Shown here in pieces: positions 15,301 to 25,216 of a stretch of DNA of 32,000 nucleotides. Position 1 is the stretch's first letter. Each line of letters begins with the position of its first letter. The notes under the pieces were generated by a model that searched no databases, was not told the origin of the DNA, and saw only the letters and a list, made by a program, of their open reading frames with translations. This stretch comes from Demequinaceae bacterium (GTDB lineage: Bacteria; Actinomycetota; Actinomycetes; Actinomycetales; Demequinaceae), in the NCBI GenBank assembly GCA_965250005.1, contig OZ252279.1, positions 900,001 through 932,000 of the forward strand. Direction: 5' to 3'. The translations under genes and the position numbers were made by a program.

Positions 15301-17658
15301 GAAGCTGGTGGTAGCGGTGCCGCCGTTCGGGTCAGGGCTGCTGATGGACACCAGGTCGCCCCGGCTGTTGTAGCCGTACGTGGTGGTCTCGCCCACGGCG
15401 TTGGTGGACGACGTCACCCGGCCATACACATCAAACTCCGACGTGTAGACATTTCCATTGGCATCCGTCGAGGTGTTCGGGTTGTAGAACTCGTCGTAAC
15501 CGTTAAGCGTCACACCGCCCTCGGCGTCGAGGGCCCGGACCACCTGGTTCTTGTCGTTGTGCGTCAGCGTGCTCGCGTTGCCGAGGGCATCGGTGAGCGT
15601 TGTTTCACGGTTAGGGCCGTAGGCGATAGTGCGAACATAGCCCGCACCATCAGTCTGGATGACCACGCGCTCCTCGGTATCGAACACGTTGGTTAGCTCG
15701 GCCACGCCGTCGGCGCCCGTGACAACCTCAAGCAGACCGCCCGCGTTATACGCGAAAGACCGAGTCCGGCCTGCTCCATCCATGATCGACGTGAGATTAC
15801 CCGCAGCATCATAGGCGAGCATCCACTGACGGCCATCCGGATGCGTGAAGCCTGTGATGCGACCCTCGGGGGTGGACTGGACCGCGACCATCTGGCCAGC
15901 CTGGTCCGTGATGCTCAAGAGCGGCGGGAACGTGTACTCGCCTTCCGCGGCCTCGGCGAGCGGTCCATAAACCAGCGTGTAGGCGTTGCCTTGGCGGTCC
16001 ACCGCGCGGGCCAGCGTTCCGTACCCGGACTCCTCGTCGAACGTGAACTCCAGCGACGTATTGTCGGCAAAGGTCAGCACAGCTCCGCCCTCGACCGCGG
16101 CCAAAGTGCTGCGCGCGCCGGGAGGCGTCACGAACCCGCCGGCGCCGTCGGACTCAAAGAACACGCTGCGACCGTCCGCGAGGATCGCCATGACAGCGCC
16201 GTTGTCATACAACTGCGCCCGGGACGAATACCCGAAGTTCCAACCGTTGCCAACCGGTGAAACGCGCCCATCAAGCGCGTTGTAGGCGAGGGTCAGGTCG
16301 ATGGCCTGGTCGCCGACGCCGGAGAGGGTGAACACCTCTTCTGAGGCAAGGAAGTTACCTGTCGCGAGGTTGACGGGGTCCGTGCCATAAATCTGGTAGT
16401 TGTTTTCGCCCAGCTGAGCGAGATCGTCGAGCACGTCTTGCGTGGGCGGCGTCGGCAGTGTCACGGGCTCGGCGCAGGCGATCCCGCCCGTTGCTTCGAT
16501 TTGCTGAATGATGCTGGAGTACACAGCGTCGGTCACCAAATCAAGCCGCGTGCTGATAATCGGCCAGTCGTAGTTGTGGCTGAGGAACAGGAGTTCTGCG
16601 TGTGCGTACGCCGGGGCCGACCCGACGAGCTGGCTGTAAGGCAACACCGAACTTGGAGGGTTGAGCCCGCGGCGGTCGGGGCGCCCCGTCCAGTTCACAA
16701 TCTGAGTCTTGGTGTTGTTACCCAGCCGGGTGCTCGCGCTGTTGCTCGCAGACCACGCGACCACTCCGCCGTCCCTGCTGATACCCCACGGGCGGGCGAT
16801 GCCATCCGACGCGGTGTTGTAGTTATTGAATGCGAGGGTCATCGCGATATCCGCGTCGAAGTTCCGGATGCGGTTTGAGCGAGTAGTCCGCGCAACAAAT
16901 GCCGTCGAGGAATTACGGGTGATGAGGACTTCTGCCAAGCATTCGTTCTCGAGCCTGGCCTTGACGGCGGTTGCGACAGCGTGGCTGAACTGAAGCTCGT
17001 TGTACACGTGCCCATTCCACAGGGCCCTGCCAAGCGCATCATCTGGGTCCAACGCGATGCGCGGGATGGTCGGGTCCGGCACGGCTGCGGCTGGTGCCGC
17101 CATAACAATGAACTCACTCAAATGATCCGACTGCGCAACCACGGCACCCAGTTCCGGGTCGTAGGCCGAGGGGACCCACGTCCACTCGTCATCTTCCGAC
17201 TCGCGGGAGTAGACACCGAGGGAGGCCACATCGACCTCCGACAACTGCTCTTCAGAGATGGGGAAGGTCAACTCGATGGCAGGAACAAACTCAGAGACAT
17301 AGGCCGGAGTGTCCTCGGTCTCCTCGACAACAGTCACCTGGTGCTCGAACTCCGTGACGTCCCCGCCCACAGCATCCGTCGCAACAATCGACACGCCGTC
17401 AGTCAGAGACACGACCGCACCATCGGCGGTCTCGGCAGTCGCGCCCTCCACCTCGATGGGCTCCGCCTCGACGGTCGCACCGTCCGTGGCCTGGTCAACC
17501 ACATTGAAATCCACCTCGCCACCCTCAGGCAAAGCGATGCTGGTGGACTCACCCTCGACCAGCAGTGAGTCATCCGTGGCATAGACCGGAGTGACGACGC
17601 CAGCGACTAGCGCGGCGGTCAGAGTGGTAGTCAGGGCAAAGCGAACGGCGGTGGACAT
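9364..17658 (-). CDS. Secreted giant YD-repeat (Rhs-like) protein, candidate polymorphic toxin, 2764 aa
   Basis: Signal peptide MSTAVRFALTTTLTAALVAGVVTPVYA; 'TDPVNLATGNFLASEEVFTLSGVG' (DUF6531-like entry); dozens of 'YDALGR...T.TTNALG' repeats; Rhs core end 'ARSYDIGSRVWVQD...SLNRYTYVEGAPETYIDILG'; unique C-terminus. ATG at 17658 with GAGGGG upstream. Confidence 0.93.
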   Translation of the reverse strand: MSTAVRFALTTTLTAALVAGVVTPVYATDDSLLVEGESTSIALPEGGEVDFNVVDQATDGATVEAEPIEVEGATAETADGAVVSLTDGVSIVATDAVGGDVTEFEHQVTVVEETEDTPAYVSEFVPAIELTFPISEEQLSEVDVASLGVYSRESEDDEWTWVPSAYDPELGAVVAQSDHLSEFIVMAAPAAAVPDPTIPRIALDPDDALGRALWNGHVYNELQFSHAVATAVKARLENECLAEVLITRNSSTAFVARTTRSNRIRNFDADIAMTLAFNNYNTASDGIARPWGISRDGGVVAWSASNSASTRLGNNTKTQIVNWTGRPDRRGLNPPSSVLPYSQLVGSAPAYAHAELLFLSHNYDWPIISTRLDLVTDAVYSSIIQQIEATGGIACAEPVTLPTPPTQDVLDDLAQLGENNYQIYGTDPVNLATGNFLASEEVFTLSGVGDQAIDLTLAYNALDGRVSPVGNGWNFGYSSRAQLYDNGAVMAILADGRSVFFESDGAGGFVTPPGARSTLAAVEGGAVLTFADNTSLEFTFDEESGYGTLARAVDRQGNAYTLVYGPLAEAAEGEYTFPPLLSITDQAGQMVAVQSTPEGRITGFTHPDGRQWMLAYDAAGNLTSIMDGAGRTRSFAYNAGGLLEVVTGADGVAELTNVFDTEERVVIQTDGAGYVRTIAYGPNRETTLTDALGNASTLTHNDKNQVVRALDAEGGVTLNGYDEFYNPNTSTDANGNVYTSEFDVYGRVTSSTNAVGETTTYGYNSRGDLVSISSPDPNGGTATTSFVLNEDGRATETHLPDGTVTYASFDAHGDMTSITDATGGVTTMAYDWRGNSVTSTDALGHVTARTYDLANRLTSVTDAKGALTTLAYDAADNLISTLDALGGVATFVYDVNDSLVSETNEAGETATYEYNVNLQLTAANRADGSRMEYAYDAEHRMVAQTNPDGTSRTWEYDGLGRATVMVDEAGERWLTEYDAIGNPVAAIDPSGARNATAFDAMSRPVTFTDALGNSDTVTYLPGGAAGSQTDALGRTSSYSYDAMGRLESVTTPDGETRFYSYDANGRLVSATNARGFTQTYQLDALGREVSMTDALGNLWRTEYDALGNTTATVDALGNRTEIEYDALSRLVATTDALGAHATFTFDAVGRATSETNKNGNAVNYAYDALGRLTRTTYPDGSTASTTYNARGLAVGTVGTRGFATAYEYDARSMQTAMVDEAGERWLSEYDSRGNLVANIDPAGGRTEFDYDALSRRVATTDQVGARTAFTYDAAGQMTSATNALGNTVEYAFDVMGRMVTVTTPDTAAVAYGYDANGNVTSFTNQRGFTETYLLDPLDRMVSRTDTLGGTWATEFDALGNATATVDPLGNRTEATYDALSRIVGLTDALAGATTFTYDAIGARTSTTNALGQTTSLTYDSLGRPVGSTFADGTTASNVYDAGGLKVTSTDQRGNAMSYEYDARGLQVASVDTAGERWLTEYDSRGNVTASVDPLSARSTAQYDAASRPVAVVNAVGSQSTFAYDALGQMITSTNALGDTTAYTYDAMQRMVTMTTPEGATSQYGYDANGNTTSITNALGDVLATEYDAAGRAIATVLPDGGRTETARDALGREVATTDARGNTTAVTYDALGRPTLVLDAAGFATTATYDAGGNRLSTTDARGGTTGFVYDVMNRLVSTTNAEGETRTQAYDTAGNITEAIDPSGIATHFTYDVRNLLTETVENFLPAEPSSESVNVTTSVSYDARGDAVATVDPRGNATTFVRDALGRVETETDALGQTSTVDFDALGRPSVVTAPDGSVTATTFSADGYAVEVAYPDQTVTSGFDALGNRTSMTDDLGTSSWTYDWASRVTVAVDALGQKNTNQYDLAGNQTRVAYDDGRSLLRTYDARNLAVSQSDANGVAAFGYDEVGALVGILRPSGVETEISRDLVGRVTAIVHAGEGVVGNKLPSGEVNPSSMAPGNAFGHCKDNGNGHPNQQPAGCSTGTLAFEYAYDARGLVDERELSTDEASTLTDYTHDELGRLTESVTGDYVASYGWDAASNMVFEAVSEDLSTNKKNDGYTVTRSVNAINQLTSSAMDPAVMPASKTETTAYTYDARGNRTQALTTTTSGKKTHTVSDVAYTYDGRDLVSSVAGGDTDVAYGRDGIGRALEVSEDGTDRTRLYDGLSVVRDGDTQLTRGPGGAVLFEATMVTSGKGKNATTSIQTVDVLADLLGSAVTTASDGVISADLALYGDFGDLLTDTSQDTVTGFTGQVDTAGLLEFASRSYDIGSRVWVQDDRYRGTVTRASSLNRYTYVEGAPETYIDILGFFRAAAALRAQQLAALNAQLQSALGSLGNLYGVAVNHLQGTSAADMLKIYNNLTANLDPAVRAVLAPIASQMATGVGGVHFQQAVYEREAKAYREAHEDYLKALERQDIHLKWEAEQLAIRVENESLVVYNAVTFLRNGAIGVGKVLAGLTPYPMLVENVKCIAGGWSGMQTCSQEARDEARDLAMGLALRAIEHNDVLEDVFSGDASIGDYWDSGYQVYRDYTFGPTLDACRDGQFDKCGQGVGEGVALAGLFFVPGGLAAAGTRVARGVEVAAATARTAQLVRTVEVSRVAEAARIAEAARVASVARPAAAAVPGGAVTTQPAARFIAGSDGVIVDTLAKTALYAPRNLGQMYANGTSKVVQPPFLNITGISHANPKDPFHFLNRAIERGASPSLIVETVRSPRVVLQQSNGKYLYLTDQAAVVLDQSGAVVTVWTRAEFESKILSILNDA
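10730..16040 (-). repeat. YD (Rhs) repeat region, about 21-aa units
   Basis: Repeated 'YDALGR/YDANGN...TDALG/TNARG' units; approximate bounds from the end of the DUF6531-like segment to the DILG core end. Confidence 0.85.
13240..14751 (-). repeat. Two consecutive 756-bp (252-aa) higher-order repeat units within the YD region, followed by a partial third
   Basis: The Gly codons opening 'GERWL(T/S)EYD' lie at 14751, 13995 and 13239, spaced exactly 756 nt; each unit translates to 252 aa with a colinear internal order. Confidence 0.85.
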
Positions 17659-17908
17659 AATTCCCCTCAGGAACTGTCGGTTTCCGAGAAACAACAATAG
17701 CGTTCGGTTGAGACTATGACAGAGGTGACGCGAATTGTCTCAGCGAAAATCTGCGGGCCGATCAAATACTCGGTCCAGTTTGACACCATTCGTGACGTAA
17801 CACCCCAACAATATCGGCTCCGAAACTCTCCAACGCGTGACCAAAATCACAATGAAATGCCGCGATTATCAGGCACCTGTGGATTAAAGGGGATAAGTGC
17901 GGCGGCGG

Positions 17909-20089
<2,181 letters not shown>

Positions 20090-20103
20090 TCAAAGGACTC
20101 CGC

Positions 20104-20304
20104 ATGGAAGACCTCAACCTTGCCGCCCTTGCCCCCGTTGCACTGCTCGGACTGGGCTTCGTTGTGTACTGCCTCATCGACGTGTACCGCAGTGAGGTTC
20201 GCGGGCTGCCCAAGTGGGCGTGGGCAATCATCTGCGTCATCTCGGTCCCGCTCGGCGGGATCGTCTACCTCATCGCTGGCAGGGACTCCGGACGCTCCAA
20301 GTGA
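20104..20304 (+). CDS. Small membrane protein with PLDc_N-like (phospholipase D nuclease N-terminal) domain
   Basis: 'MEDLNLAALAPVALLGLGFVVYCLIDVYRSEVRGLPKWAWAIICVISVPLGGIVYLIAGRDSG'. Confidence 0.8.
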   Translation: MEDLNLAALAPVALLGLGFVVYCLIDVYRSEVRGLPKWAWAIICVISVPLGGIVYLIAGRDSGRSK

Positions 20305-21173
20305 TCTCCGCGCGCGGGCTCACCAAGCAGTACGGCCGCACCGTCGCGCTCGATGACGTTGACCTCGACGTGCGTGCGGGATCCGTTTACGGGCTTGCGG
20401 GGCCCAACGGCGCAGGCAAGACCACACTGCTTGGCATCCTCGCGGGCCTACGCGACGCATCGTCGGGCACACTCAGCGTTGACGCCAAGCCCGGCGAGAT
20501 CGCGGTGCTGTCCGACACCCCACGCTTCGACCAGTGGCTCACGGGACGCGAGGTTGTCGCGCTCGCGCAGGCCCTCACGGGCCCGGTGGACGACGCGCGC
20601 GTGGACCAGATCCTCAAACTGGCTGGCCTCGCTGAGGCTAGTTCCCGGCGCAACGGCGGCTACTCGCGAGGGATGCTGCAGCGCCTGGGAATCGCCGCGA
20701 CCCTCGTGGGGCGCCCCAAGCTCATCCTGCTGGACGAGCCGGCCTCCGCCCTTGACCCCCAGGGCCGACGAGAAGTGCTGGATCTCATCGCGCAGTTGCG
20801 CGGAACCGCGACGGTGATGTTCTCGAGTCACATCCTCGGCGATGTCCAGGAGGTATCAGACACTGTCGGAATCCTGAATCACGGCAAGCTGCTCTTCCAG
20901 GGCCCGCTGTCAGACCTGCTCGTGGGAGAGGCCGTTCCCCGCTACATCGTCAAGCTTCGCGAGAACGCCGACGCGGTCGCCACCAAACTCGCGGCGGCCA
21001 GCTGGGTGACCGCGGCAGAGGCGTCCGCTGGCGCCGTCGCCGTCGAAGTGGCTTCGCTCGCCGACGCCGAATCGAAGCTACCGAAGGCGCTCGCCGCTGC
21101 CGGTGCGCAGGTGATCTCGCTGGGCCCTGAAGAGGTCTCGCTGGAGCGCGCGTTTCTGGAGCTGACCCGATGA
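20301..21173 (+). CDS. ABC transporter ATP-binding protein (exporter type)
   Basis: GTG at 20301 overlaps the previous stop; 'GSVYGLAGPNGAGKTTLLGILAG' Walker A, 'YSRGMLQRLGIAATLVGRPKLILLDEPASALDPQGR' signature and Walker B. Confidence 0.95.
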   Translation: MISARGLTKQYGRTVALDDVDLDVRAGSVYGLAGPNGAGKTTLLGILAGLRDASSGTLSVDAKPGEIAVLSDTPRFDQWLTGREVVALAQALTGPVDDARVDQILKLAGLAEASSRRNGGYSRGMLQRLGIAATLVGRPKLILLDEPASALDPQGRREVLDLIAQLRGTATVMFSSHILGDVQEVSDTVGILNHGKLLFQGPLSDLLVGEAVPRYIVKLRENADAVATKLAAASWVTAAEASAGAVAVEVASLADAESKLPKALAAAGAQVISLGPEEVSLERAFLELTR

Positions 21174-21925
21174 CACTGTGGAAACTAGAGGTTTTGCGCC
21201 TGACGCGCACCAAGCGGTGGATCGCGCTACTCGGGACCTTCGTGGCCTTCGGGCTCGTCGGGCCGGTGACGGCGCGATACATCCAAGAGATCCTCTCCGG
21301 CGTGGGCGGCGACCTGGAGGGCGCCACCATCACGCTGCCCGATCCCGTGGCGCAGGATGGGCTTGCGCAGTACATCTCGAACGCGGCCCAGGTGGGCGTC
21401 TTGGTCGCCGTGGTGATCGCGGCCGGGGCTTTGGCGTTCGACGCGGTACCGGAAATGGGCGTCTTCCTGCGCACCCGAGTCACCAACACGTGGCGCATCT
21501 TGATCCCGCGCCTAGTCGTGTCATTTGTGGCGATCGCCGTCGCCTTCACGGCGGGCACGCTGGCCGCTTGGTACGAAACCTGGGCGCTCATCGGCCCGCT
21601 GCCCGCAGGCCCCGTGCTGCTGGCCACCGCGTACAGCATCGTGTTCTTGGCGTTTATGGTTGCGGTTGTCGCCGCGGTCGCTCAGTGGGTGCGAACCGTC
21701 CTGGCGACCGTGATGTGGTCGCTCGTGATCCTCATCGTGATGCCGTTGTTCGGCATCTCAGGCGCTATTGCCCAGTGGCTTCCCAGCACCCTGCTCGGAG
21801 CGCTGGGGCATTTGGACGGCGTCGAAGCGGGCGGCGAGTACCCGCAGATTGTTGTCGTCACGGTTGCCCAAACGGTAGCGCTGGTGTGGCTGGCGAAACG
21901 CGGGGCTGACCGCCGCGAGGCGTGA
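21170..21925 (+). CDS. ABC transporter permease
   Basis: ATGA overlap with the ATPase gene; several hydrophobic spans (e.g. 'VGVLVAVVIAAGALAF', 'VIVFLAFMVAVVAAVA'-type stretches). Confidence 0.85.
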   Translation: MTLWKLEVLRLTRTKRWIALLGTFVAFGLVGPVTARYIQEILSGVGGDLEGATITLPDPVAQDGLAQYISNAAQVGVLVAVVIAAGALAFDAVPEMGVFLRTRVTNTWRILIPRLVVSFVAIAVAFTAGTLAAWYETWALIGPLPAGPVLLATAYSIVFLAFMVAVVAAVAQWVRTVLATVMWSLVILIVMPLFGISGAIAQWLPSTLLGALGHLDGVEAGGEYPQIVVVTVAQTVALVWLAKRGADRREA

Positions 21926-21954
21926 GCGCCTACCAACGAGTTCTGGGGAGGGCA

Positions 21955-22911
21955 CTAACCGCGCGGCTTGCGCTCCCGCACGACGAATACCGCGGCCACC
22001 ACGAGCGCGAGACCCGTGACGAGAACCGCGACCCAGGTGGCGAGGTCATCGTCAAAGAAGTAGTTGATCAAGAGTGGGACGAAGATGAGCATCCCGATCG
22101 CGCCGGGCGCCATGACGGCCACGGTTCCCCGTTGCTGAACCGCGAGCGCGGATAGCGCAACTGCGGTCAGAACTCCGAGCGACAGAATCCACACCTCCCA
22201 GTCCCCGTCGAAAGCGACGAGGAGCACAAATAGTGACAGCACCGTTCCGACAACGAGCGCATGGGTCGGTGGCTCAAGCCGCTGCGACCAACCGCCCCAG
22301 AACCACGCCACGCCAATTGCCCAGAGTGCGAAGATGATCACCTCGTAGCGCACGTCAAGCGGCCCCGCGAGCACGCTCGAGACAAGGATGATGGCGGTTC
22401 CGAGCAGCGTAAACTGTGCGAGCGCACGGCGCCTGAGCCAGTAGATCGGGAGCGCGGCAGCCAAAGCCGCGCCGCCAATCGCGACACCTACCCAGTCGCT
22501 TTCCACGTGGCGATTGCCAACGTCACCGCGTTCGATCAACCACGCAAGCCAGCCCACGCCAAACACCGCCGCCGTGAGCAGCACGCTTACCAGCCTCTGG
22601 ATGGCGACGCTGCGCGAGCGCCACAGCTTGATACCTGCGCCAGCGACTATTCCCGTGATCGTGAATACGAGCAGCAGCCGGCCAGCGTACGTGAAGCTGT
22701 CCCACTGCTGCCCGAGGATGACGGCGATCGCGACAATTGCGAGGGCAGCGCCCAGGTATCCGAGCACCTCTGCGAGCGCGGACTTGCGGGTTGGCTCCTC
22801 GCCAGCAATGGGAACGCGGGCGGCCTCGTAGTCTGCGATCTTCTTGGCGGCGGCCGGCGTGACGACCTTGGCGTCCTGCCACTCGCTAAGCATTTGATTG
22901 ACGGTTCTCAT
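21955..22911 (-). CDS. Multi-pass membrane protein, DUF2157-like
   Basis: Hydrophilic N-terminus 'LSEWQDAKVVTPAAAKKIADYEA' then 'LAEVLGYLGAALAIVAIAVILGQQWDSFTYAGRLLLVF' and many hydrophobic segments. Confidence 0.65.
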   Translation of the reverse strand: MRTVNQMLSEWQDAKVVTPAAAKKIADYEAARVPIAGEEPTRKSALAEVLGYLGAALAIVAIAVILGQQWDSFTYAGRLLLVFTITGIVAGAGIKLWRSRSVAIQRLVSVLLTAAVFGVGWLAWLIERGDVGNRHVESDWVGVAIGGAALAAALPIYWLRRRALAQFTLLGTAIILVSSVLAGPLDVRYEVIIFALWAIGVAWFWGGWSQRLEPPTHALVVGTVLSLFVLLVAFDGDWEVWILSLGVLTAVALSALAVQQRGTVAVMAPGAIGMLIFVPLLINYFFDDDLATWVAVLVTGLALVVAAVFVVRERKPRG

Positions 22912-22987
22912 CTTCGGCCTCCCCAGGCTTGCTCTTCTCCCGCCGAGGATACTCGCTTGCGGGATTCGGCACCTTAGGTTGCCAATT

Positions 22988-23010
22988 GGTTACATAACCG
23001 CGAGGTTACT
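22988..23010. promoter_or_regulatory. Candidate operator upstream of the arsR remnant
   Basis: GGTTAcaTAACC inverted repeat (22988-22999) followed by GGTTACT (23004-23010), directly before ATG 23014. Confidence 0.4.
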
Positions 23011-23013
23011 TAC

Positions 23014-23142
23014 ATGGCTGCCGACCAGCTCAGCAAAGTGTTCTCCGCGCTCGCGGACCCCACACGTCGCGCCATACTCGAGCGCCTCGCCACCTACCTG
23101 ATCGAACTCCAAGCCTTACGTGACTCAAGGAAAGGTAGCCCA
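23014..23142 (+). pseudogene. ArsR-family regulator remnant with internal in-frame deletion of the winged-helix core
   Basis: 'MAADQLSKVFSALADPTRRAILERLA' (ArsR N-terminus) passes directly to 'TYLIELQALRDSRKG' (ArsR C-terminal-like) and stays in frame with the next gene. Confidence 0.7.
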
Positions 23143-23616
23143 ATGAATAGCACCACCCTCACCCCGCTGTCCGACACGCAGTTCGTTGTGGAGCGTCGGT
23201 TCGACGCCCCGCTGCAACTCGTGTGGGACGCGCACACCAAGCCTGAGCACCTGCTCAAATGGCTCACCGGGCCGCACGACATGAAACTCACCGCCGCCAC
23301 CCTAGACCTGCGCGCGGGCGGCACGTACGAGTGGGAGTACACCGGGCCCGACGGCTCCAAGCAGCCGCTCAACGGCGAGTTCCTCGAGGTCGAGGCGCCG
23401 CACCGGATCGTCCAGAAGGACAACTGGGGCCCGGACCTCCCCGCGCCCAACGTGGAGTTCGCCTTCTCCGAGGACGACGGCCAGACGCTGCTGAAGATCA
23501 CGTTCACGGTGGCGAACAAGGAACTGCGCGACCACGTCACGTCCGACAGCGGGCTCGAGCAGGGCTACGGTGCAAGCTTCGACAACTTGGATGCGGTGCT
23601 TCCCACGCTCGCGTAG
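23143..23616 (+). CDS. SRPBCC / AHSA1-family protein
   Basis: 'TQFVVERRFDAPLQLVWDAHTKPEHLLKWLTGPHDMKLTAATLDLRAGGTYEWEYTGPDG..FNGEFLEVEAPHRIV'-type pattern; internal ATG 23143 with AAAGG upstream. ORF is open from 23014. Confidence 0.88.
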   Translation: MNSTTLTPLSDTQFVVERRFDAPLQLVWDAHTKPEHLLKWLTGPHDMKLTAATLDLRAGGTYEWEYTGPDGSKQPLNGEFLEVEAPHRIVQKDNWGPDLPAPNVEFAFSEDDGQTLLKITFTVANKELRDHVTSDSGLEQGYGASFDNLDAVLPTLA

Positions 23617-23734
23617 CGCGACGAGCCTAATCGCGACAGACGAGGCCGGGTGTCCCCTGCGGGTGGCGCCCGGCCACTGTCGTTCCCAGCCGCGGTCGTC
23701 CCCGGGGACGTAGCCTCGATACCAGTACCCACCG

Positions 23735-24094
23735 ATGAAAGGCACCGCCATGGCCGAAGCGCCTCCGTCCGTCACCGTGATTGGCCACAGCGGCGAGGAG
23801 ATTATCGCGGCCCACGCCGTGATCGAGGGCCGCGTTGCGCGCACGCCCATCCTGAAGGCGGCGGGCGCTCGCGTTATTCACCTGGCGTTCGCCGCCGGCT
23901 CGGAGCTCACGGAGCATTCGGCGCCCGTGCCGATCATCGTTCGGTCGCTCGCCGGAGAGTTCGCGTTCGAGGTCGCAGGCGAAAGCTTCACGCTGACTCG
24001 CGGAGGTATGGCGCACATCGCCGCGAACGTGCCGCACGCAGTTTCGGCACCCGCCGAGGCCCGGCTGCTGATCACGCTGCTCGATGGCAGCTAG
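23735..24094 (+). CDS. Cupin-domain protein
   Basis: '[78 protein letters not shown]'; start may be 23750. Confidence 0.75.
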   Translation: MKGTAMAEAPPSVTVIGHSGEEIIAAHAVIEGRVARTPILKAAGARVIHLAFAAGSELTEHSAPVPIIVRSLAGEFAFEVAGESFTLTRGGMAHIAANVPHAVSAPAEARLLITLLDGS

Positions 24095-25176
24095 ACGCGC
24101 CGCGCCTTCATCGTCCCCTGGCCAAGAACCCGAGTCCCGTCGTAGACCACCAGCGACTGTCCCGCGGACACTCCGCGCATCGGCTCGTCTAGCTCAACTG
24201 TCATAAGGTCGCCCGCCACGGTGACGGACGCAGGCACCGGCACCCCGTGGGCGCGCACCTGCGCGTGGCAGCGCGTCGGCTCGGTGGCAGGCACGTCGTC
24301 CGCGAGCCAGACCACCTCGTCGCCCACGAGCGTGGGCACGGACAGCAGCGTCTCCGCGCCCACCGTCACCACGTTGGTCGAGGTGTTCACGTCAGTGACG
24401 TAGCGCGGCTGGCCGTCGGCCGCGGGCGTCCCAAGGTTCAGGCCCTTGCGCTGGCCCACCGTGAACGCGTACGCGCCGCCGTGCTCGCCCACAACGTCGC
24501 CGGTCTGGTCGACAATGTCTCCGGGCTCCTTGCCTAGCTTGCGCTGAAGGAAGCCCTGGGTGTCGCCGTCGGCCACAAAGCAGATGTCGTACGAGTCGGG
24601 CTTGTTGGAGACTCCCAGCCCGCGGGCGGCGGCCTCGGCGCGCACCTTGGTCTTGGACTCGATCGCGCCCAGCGGGAACATCGACTTGGACAGCCGCTCC
24701 TGCCCCATCACGGCGAGCACGTACGACTGGTCCTTGGCGCTGTCGGCCGCGCGGTGCAGCTCCCGCGTGCCATCCTCGCGGATCTCGATGCGGGCGTAAT
24801 GGCCGGTGGCGACCGCGTCGAACTCGAGCACGCGCGCGCGATCCAGCAGCGCCTCAAACTTGATGTGCTGGTTGCAGCGCACGCACGGGTTGGGGGTGCG
24901 ACCCTCGGCGTACTCGCTCAGGAAGTCCGCGACAACCGTCTGCTCGAATTCCTCCGACAGGTCCCACACGTAGTACGGAATGCCGAGGATGTCCGCAGCC
25001 CGGCGCGCGTCGTTCGAGTCTTCGATCGAGCAGCAACCGCGGGACCCCGAGCGGTACTCGTCGCGGTTTCGGCTGAGCGCCATGTGCACGCCCACCACGT
25101 CGTGTCCGGCGTCAACGGCACGCGCGGCAGCGACGGCGGAATCGACTCCGCCGGACAGGGCTGCTAGTACGCGCAT
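24091..25176 (-). CDS. mnmA: tRNA-specific 2-thiouridylase MnmA
   Basis: '[35 protein letters not shown]' PP-loop, '[23 protein letters not shown]', 'ATGHYARI', '[21 protein letters not shown]'. Confidence 0.97.
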   Translation of the reverse strand: MRVLAALSGGVDSAVAAARAVDAGHDVVGVHMALSRNRDEYRSGSRGCCSIEDSNDARRAADILGIPYYVWDLSEEFEQTVVADFLSEYAEGRTPNPCVRCNQHIKFEALLDRARVLEFDAVATGHYARIEIREDGTRELHRAADSAKDQSYVLAVMGQERLSKSMFPLGAIESKTKVRAEAAARGLGVSNKPDSYDICFVADGDTQGFLQRKLGKEPGDIVDQTGDVVGEHGGAYAFTVGQRKGLNLGTPAADGQPRYVTDVNTSTNVVTVGAETLLSVPTLVGDEVVWLADDVPATEPTRCHAQVRAHGVPVPASVTVAGDLMTVELDEPMRGVSAGQSLVVYDGTRVLGQGTMKARRV

Positions 25177-25216
25177 CCGGCAATTGTAAGCAAAGCGAGC
25201 GGCGCGTAGAGCCGGT

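Noticed and set aside
10730-16040. Possible tandem-repeat or CRISPR-like array from the dense periodic pattern
   Set aside because: Repeats are divergent coding YD units in multiples of 63 nt without conserved direct repeats and unique spacers; not a CRISPR array.
15124-17568. + strand ORFs 15124..15696, 15841..16260, 16438..16878 and 16981..17568
   Set aside because: They overlap the N-terminal third of the 2764-aa protein in antisense, with no domain motifs or convincing RBS.
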